This document shows, piece after piece, positions 23,606-25,876 of a DNA stretch of 25,876 bases. Position 1 is the first letter of the stretch. Each line of letters starts with the position of its first letter. Below the pieces are notes generated by a model. The model was given only the letters and a program-made list of their open reading frames with translations, was not told the origin of the DNA and did not search any database. The position numbers and the translations under genes were made by a program. Source of the stretch: Nitrospinota bacterium (GTDB taxonomy: Bacteria > 2-12-FULL-45-22 > JACOWJ01); the NCBI GenBank assembly GCA_016176845.1, contig JACOWJ010000016.1, positions 1-25,876 on the forward strand, in the 5' to 3' direction.

Positions 23606-24727
23606 ATGTCGGTTAGGCTTGCCACACTGCTCGCGGCCCTGCTTGCCGGTTTTTCGATGATGCCCCTCCCCTTGGAAGCAGACGATGGTGCTCGATGGCT
23701 CTCCCAAGAGGTCATTCAAAGGGTGGAGGCCACGATCCTGGAATCTCGAAAGGCCAGAGCCAGGACGGAGGCGAAGATCAATCTGCTCAAACTCCTCCCG
23801 TTGAAGCACCCGCAACCGCCTGAGGGGTTTGCAGTGGCCCTCACGATGATCGACTGGTACAATGCGATCTACCTTTTAAAGATAAAAGGACCGACGGGGG
23901 GCTACCAGGTCGTATGGAACAGCGAGGACGAGGAGCTCCCCCTCCAGAAAGCCGGGCTTCTGGTCAAGGGCTCCTTGATTCAAGAGGACTTCTCCCTGGA
24001 GGACGTAGATGACGACGGAGCGAAGGAGATCTTTTTCGTCTGGCACAAAGGCGGAGGAGAAGGCACGGTAGAAGGAGATTACACGACCTTTTGTCTCTAC
24101 GACCTCCAGAAGAAAGCGCTGTTCGCCATACGGTTCGAACGACAAGCCTGGCCTTATCCGCTCTACCCCATTCCGAAGTTCTCGGCCAATGCCAACTTGC
24201 CCCAAAACAAGACTTACCGGAGTTGGTTGGAGAAGAAGGGCTACGATCTGGGGCTCATCGAGAAGACCACCATCGATCCCGATAACCCCGCCTTCGCCTT
24301 AAGCCTCTGGTTCGCTCAGAACGGGCCCATGAAGAATGGCCCGGTTCAGCTCCGGGAGTATCCTGGCCCGATCCTCTGGGGGACGCCCCTGGAGGCCGAG
24401 GTGTCCGATCCGGGAATCACTTGGAAGGCCTTTCAGAGGGGACCGGTCCTCGGCTACGATCGGGCCAGAGAGGTCTATTATGTGGTCTATGCCCCGGAGC
24501 GCATGCAGCACTGGGCTAAGGCCCTGGTGGCGGATAGCCAATTCCTGTGGATCGGGACTCGGGGCGATGGGCTCATTCGATACGACAAGGCTGCCAAGAC
24601 CTTGAAGCAGATCTTGAAGGCCGGGCCCGTACAGCTGCCCCAATCGATCTCTTCTTTAAGGGTAAAAGGCGACAAGCTCATCATCAACCGCACTCTCACT
24701 CTTTCCCGGGAGTCTCTTTCTCATTGA
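23606..24727 (+). CDS. Hypothetical secreted protein. The start was chosen at the signal-peptide Met.
   Basis: MSVRLATLLAALLAGFSMMPLPLEA|DDG is a classical signal peptide. No recognisable domain was found. The track ORF begins at TTG 23510. Confidence 0.55.
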   Translation: MSVRLATLLAALLAGFSMMPLPLEADDGARWLSQEVIQRVEATILESRKARARTEAKINLLKLLPLKHPQPPEGFAVALTMIDWYNAIYLLKIKGPTGGYQVVWNSEDEELPLQKAGLLVKGSLIQEDFSLEDVDDDGAKEIFFVWHKGGGEGTVEGDYTTFCLYDLQKKALFAIRFERQAWPYPLYPIPKFSANANLPQNKTYRSWLEKKGYDLGLIEKTTIDPDNPAFALSLWFAQNGPMKNGPVQLREYPGPILWGTPLEAEVSDPGITWKAFQRGPVLGYDRAREVYYVVYAPERMQHWAKALVADSQFLWIGTRGDGLIRYDKAAKTLKQILKAGPVQLPQSISSLRVKGDKLIINRTLTLSRESLSH

Positions 24728-24891
24728 GCGCCATTCTCGGTAAGATCCTCACTCTTCTGGTCCGTGGTGCACCTCCCTCCGGAGAATCGCTGGATGGATT
24801 CGTCGACTCGCTCCTTCAGGAGTTCGAGAACTGTCGCCCGGGTCTTTCGGACGACGTAATCGAAAGGAGGAGAGCGGAGGCGGAGAACTTT

Positions 24892-25406
24892 ATGAAACAG
24901 CGCTTTGCCGAGCGCGGCTTCAAGGTCGAGAAGTTGTTGCTCCGGAACTACAAGTACGCGGAGAATTACGAGGGGTCCCTCCGGGAGAAGAAGGTCGCCG
25001 TTCAGCTTACCAAGAAGAACCAGATGGAAAGCCTGGTGAACGAGGAAAAGGCCAAACTGAAGCAAATCGAGTCCTCGGGCAACGCCTCCATTTCGGGATC
25101 TTCGAGAAGCGCGGGCATCAGGAGATCTATCAGCCCGGCGGGGTCTACTTCTTTCTTCCGATCGTAAACAGTTGGAACAGACTTCCCATCTCACAGCAGA
25201 ACCTGTTGATGACCGCCAATTCGAAAGAAGGGGACCGCCCCGTTCCGGACGACGTCACGTTCAAGACCAAAGATGGGAACAACGTCCATATCGACGTGAA
25301 CGTAATGTGGCAAATCGACCCTAAAAAGGCGGGGAAGATTGTCTCGAACGTGGGGACGTCCATTGACGAGATCAAGGAGCGCCTCGTCCGTCCCATCTCC
25401 CGTTAA
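24892..25406 (+). pseudogene. SPFH/band-7 (stomatin/HflKC-like) domain gene with a frame shift near 25080-25095. Its 3' end is truncated at a heptamer-repeat array, and no N-terminal TM segment is present.
   Basis: One frame (25089-25406) reads HFGIFEKRGHQEIYQPGGVYFFLPIV...VTFKTKDGNNVHIDVNVMWQIDPKKAGKIVSNVGTSIDEIKERLVRPISR*, the typical start of an SPFH domain. A different frame reads the upstream coiled-coil-like segment MKQRFAERGFKVEKLLLRNYKYAENYEGSLREKKVAVQLTKKNQMESLVNEEKAKLKQIE. Confidence 0.45.
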
Positions 25407-25412
25407 GCAAGA

Positions 25413-25466
25413 AACCTAACACCTAACACCTAACACCTAACACCTAAAACCTAAAACTTAAAACTT
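25413..25466. repeat. Tandem heptamer array: (CCTAACA)x4, then (CCTAAAA)x2, then CTTAAAA. It lies between convergent genes.
   Basis: aacctaacacctaacacctaacacctaacacctaaaacctaaaacttaaaac. The reverse complement is TTAGGTG-type and is related to the TTAGGGA heptamers of the TAGGG elements. Confidence 0.7.
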
Positions 25467-25482
25467 TTTTGGCCATAACCGT

Positions 25483-25876
25483 TTATTCGTCGTGCGCCAT
25501 GGCAAAGGCCACCCTGGCTGCCTTTTCCGACTTGACCTGCGACTCCCGGGGCATGAGCAGGACGAAGCAGCCGCCCGCAACCAGATTGGCCAGGGCGAAG
25601 GTGGTGAAACCCCAGAAGAAGGAGCCGGTGATGTCCAGCAGGATGCCGATGACCAGCGGGGCTACCAGGCCGGCCACTCCCCCCCCGACGCCCACCAGCA
25701 GGCCTATGCCGGTAGCAAAGGCCTCGGGAGGAAACAGCTCGTAGAAGAGAACGACCAGGCTGTTGGTTGCCCCCATAGAGAGGAAGAGGGCCAGGGTCAA
25801 AAGGCCTATGATGGCCAACGGGGTGGTGGCCATCATCGCCCCGATCATGGCCGGACAGGCCAGGATACAAAAGCCG
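25483..25876 (-). CDS. C-terminal part of an MFS-type transporter. The gene continues beyond the end of the window.
   Basis: Hydrophobic TM segments: ...GFCILACPAMIGAMMATTPLAIIGLLTLALFLSMGATNSLVVLFYELFPPEAFATGIGLLVGVGGGVAGLVAPLVIGILLDITGSFFWGF... The frame stays open to the window edge. Confidence 0.55.
   Translation of the reverse strand, partial: GFCILACPAMIGAMMATTPLAIIGLLTLALFLSMGATNSLVVLFYELFPPEAFATGIGLLVGVGGGVAGLVAPLVIGILLDITGSFFWGFTTFALANLVAGGCFVLLMPRESQVKSEKAARVAFAMAHDE

Noticed and set aside
25451-25870. A 139-aa minus-strand ORF overlapping the MFS C-terminal reading frame.
   Set aside because: It is Gly/Arg/Pro/His-rich and out of frame with the hydrophobic, TM-rich frame (25483..25876), which is far more protein-like.

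Overview
This is a high-GC (about 60% or more by eye) bacterial chromosomal segment of 25.9 kb. Almost every intact gene between 2.3 kb and 25.4 kb lies on the + strand. The intact genes are mostly metabolic or envelope genes. They include a DUF362-type Fe-S protein followed by two paralogous family III (CaiB/BaiF) CoA-transferases, an aldo/keto reductase, an M16 peptidase pair, a stand-alone HgdC/BcrAD-type ATPase activase, an MFS transporter, a secreted LolA-like/DUF1329-like protein, a divergent FabV-like enoyl reductase, gpsA, larB-larC, and an OmpA-family lipoprotein. What makes the window unusual is repeat-driven decay. It carries at least three interspersed repeat families: a 101-bp MITE with terminal inverted repeats and about 10-bp target-site duplications; a REP-like palindrome that translates to 'IPAKAGIQ'; and a family of TAGGG (telomere-like) palindromic elements, plus a CCTAACA heptamer array. 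It also holds six or more gene fragments. These are a GspE secretion ATPase with an internal deletion, fused in frame to the C-terminus of GspF; a cupredoxin; a thiolase N-terminus; an MTA/SAH-nucleosidase N-terminus; and a frameshifted, truncated SPFH gene. Several fragments end exactly at a repeat copy. Two small toxin-antitoxin or defence-like cassettes are present. The first is an AbrB/MazE-family antitoxin followed by an anomalously AT-rich small ORF of unknown family, with inverted MITE copies on both sides. The second is a small ORF translationally coupled to an AbiEii/DUF1814-like nucleotidyltransferase. No rRNA, tRNA or CRISPR array was seen.
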